This document shows, piece after piece, positions 63,038 to 64,000 of a stretch of DNA of 64,000 nt. This DNA is from Octopus vulgaris (taxonomy: Eukaryota): contig OX597821.1 of the NCBI GenBank assembly GCA_951406725.2, forward strand, positions 65,968,001 through 66,032,000, given 5' to 3'. The notes below the pieces were generated by a model. It did not search any database and had not been told where the DNA came from. It saw only the letters and a program-made list of their open reading frames with translations. Position 1 is the first letter of the stretch; every line of letters begins with the position of its first letter. The position numbers were made by a program, and so were the translations under genes.

Positions 63038-63344
63038 CAGGGGTGGGCAATTGTTTTGGCTCAGGGGCCACTTTGAGAAGGCCGTAGTTAACAGAGGGTC
63101 ACACCTTCTATAACTGATAGTACTTATTACTTAACATTACATTTCATTTAATGCGAAGTGTAAATTACATAACAATAATATATAAATAAAACTAAAACAA
63201 TAGTGGTACACAGAAAAAGTTTCATTAAATTCATTTATGTGCAAATTACACATCAGCCAGCAAAAGTAATTTAATGAGACAAATGTATGCTAGATGCTTC
63301 CGCAGGCCACAAAACACTCTGAGGCTGTAAGTTTCCCACCCCTG
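63038..63344. mobile_element. hAT-type MITE nested in the R4-like LINE
   Basis: TIRs CAGGGGTGGGCAA / TTTCCCACCCCTG; 8-bp flanks AGATAGGA / GGATAGGG (6/8). Confidence 0.85.
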
Positions 63345-63526
63345 GGATAGGGTCTTGTTCCAAGACTGATTTTATGTAGCGATTATCAGAACTTCCATTT
63401 CTGCTTTCAATCCACTGTTTTTAAGCCATTGATGCATCTTCACTTGGTCCACATCTGCATCCTCCATTCCTTTCAGGTAATTACAACTTGCTGTGTGTTA
63501 CCTTGTTCCTCCCAGGTTTTCCGCAA

Positions 63527-63890
63527 TTAACCCACGAGCATTCACATTATGTTCTGTCAAAACTAATGCTCATTTATTCACATTGATTAGAATTAATTAT
63601 GTATTATCTTGTAATTTTGAAATTTTGATGAGGTTACTGTTAATTTTTAGAATGGTATTGTAGGGTTGCTGTGATAGGCCAGATCTGGCAAGTTAGACCA
63701 GATCTGGCCAGTTAGGCCAGATCTGGCAAATTAGGCCAGATCTGACAAGTTAGGCCAGATCTGGCAAGTTAGGCTAGATCTGGCCAGTTAAACGAGATCT
63801 GGCCAGTTAGACTAGATCTGGTCAGTTTGAACATAAAACAGGTAGGATATTTTGGCTGGAGATGGCAGATTTTAAATGCTAAAGGGTTAA
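63527..63890. mobile_element. TTAA (piggyBac-type) MITE with internal 19-bp tandem array
   Basis: TTAACCCACGAGCATT / AATGCTAAAGGGTTAA ends with TTAA on both sides; eight GGCCAGATCTGGCAAGTTA-type units at 63677-63828. Confidence 0.87.
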
Positions 63891-64000
63891 AACTGAACAC
63901 TGTGTTTTGCTTTTTGCATAATTTGTCAGTTGTAGATAGCTGCAGCCTTCTTTCCAATTCGTTGGGTTTCTGAAGCTTGGAAAACTTTTGAATAACACTG

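Larger units (their letters stand above)
62185..64000 (-). mobile_element. Degraded R4/Dong-like LINE (region upstream of zinc knuckle, knuckle, RLE domain), split by three MITEs and running off the window
   Basis: Minus-strand pieces DADVDQVKMHQWLKNSGLKAEMEVLIIAT; GKYEETINCIVPGCMELAKTKYIYRLNKMEAYLHWKI; LLEMPIHSGREMKSNKLNII; KKDQACILTDISTP; KVTEKLTKYKLLEIEINRR, in the colinear order of R4-clade proteins; 3' end at an AAT-like tract. Confidence 0.82.

Noticed and set aside
63677-63828. Palindromic direct repeats as CRISPR or iterons
   Set aside because: Units are contiguous with no unique spacers and lie within a TTAA MITE.

Overview
AT-rich, repeat-saturated eukaryotic DNA. The tRNA-derived SINE families and very dense TA/CA/AAT/ATG/GATA microsatellites most resemble an octopus (coleoid cephalopod) genome; this is inferred by recognition, with no search run. 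I find no intact protein-coding gene, rRNA, true tRNA or CRISPR array, and nearly all ORFs in the track are microsatellite or SINE artefacts. Supported content: (i) dozens of copies of about six SINE-like families (my working labels A, C, D, E, F, H) and RTE-type 3' ends (label B); (ii) degraded LINE coding remnants: two R4/Dong-like restriction-endonuclease elements at (TAA)n tracts and one RTE RT fragment; (iii) hAT-, piggyBac(TTAA)- and Tc1/mariner-type MITEs with visible TIRs/TSDs, three nested in one R4-like LINE; (iv) short fold-back islands in TA microsatellites, some with minimal hammerhead-ribozyme motifs like those of Penelope-like elements. The best novelty candidate is an inverted pair of minimal hammerheads at 20331-20672 whose C3:G8 core pair is replaced by A3:U8. 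A few unique islands (TGACAG cluster, 143-nt hairpin, possible exons) may be regulatory or genic but are unproven. Coordinates were read by eye; ends of degraded repeats are approximate.
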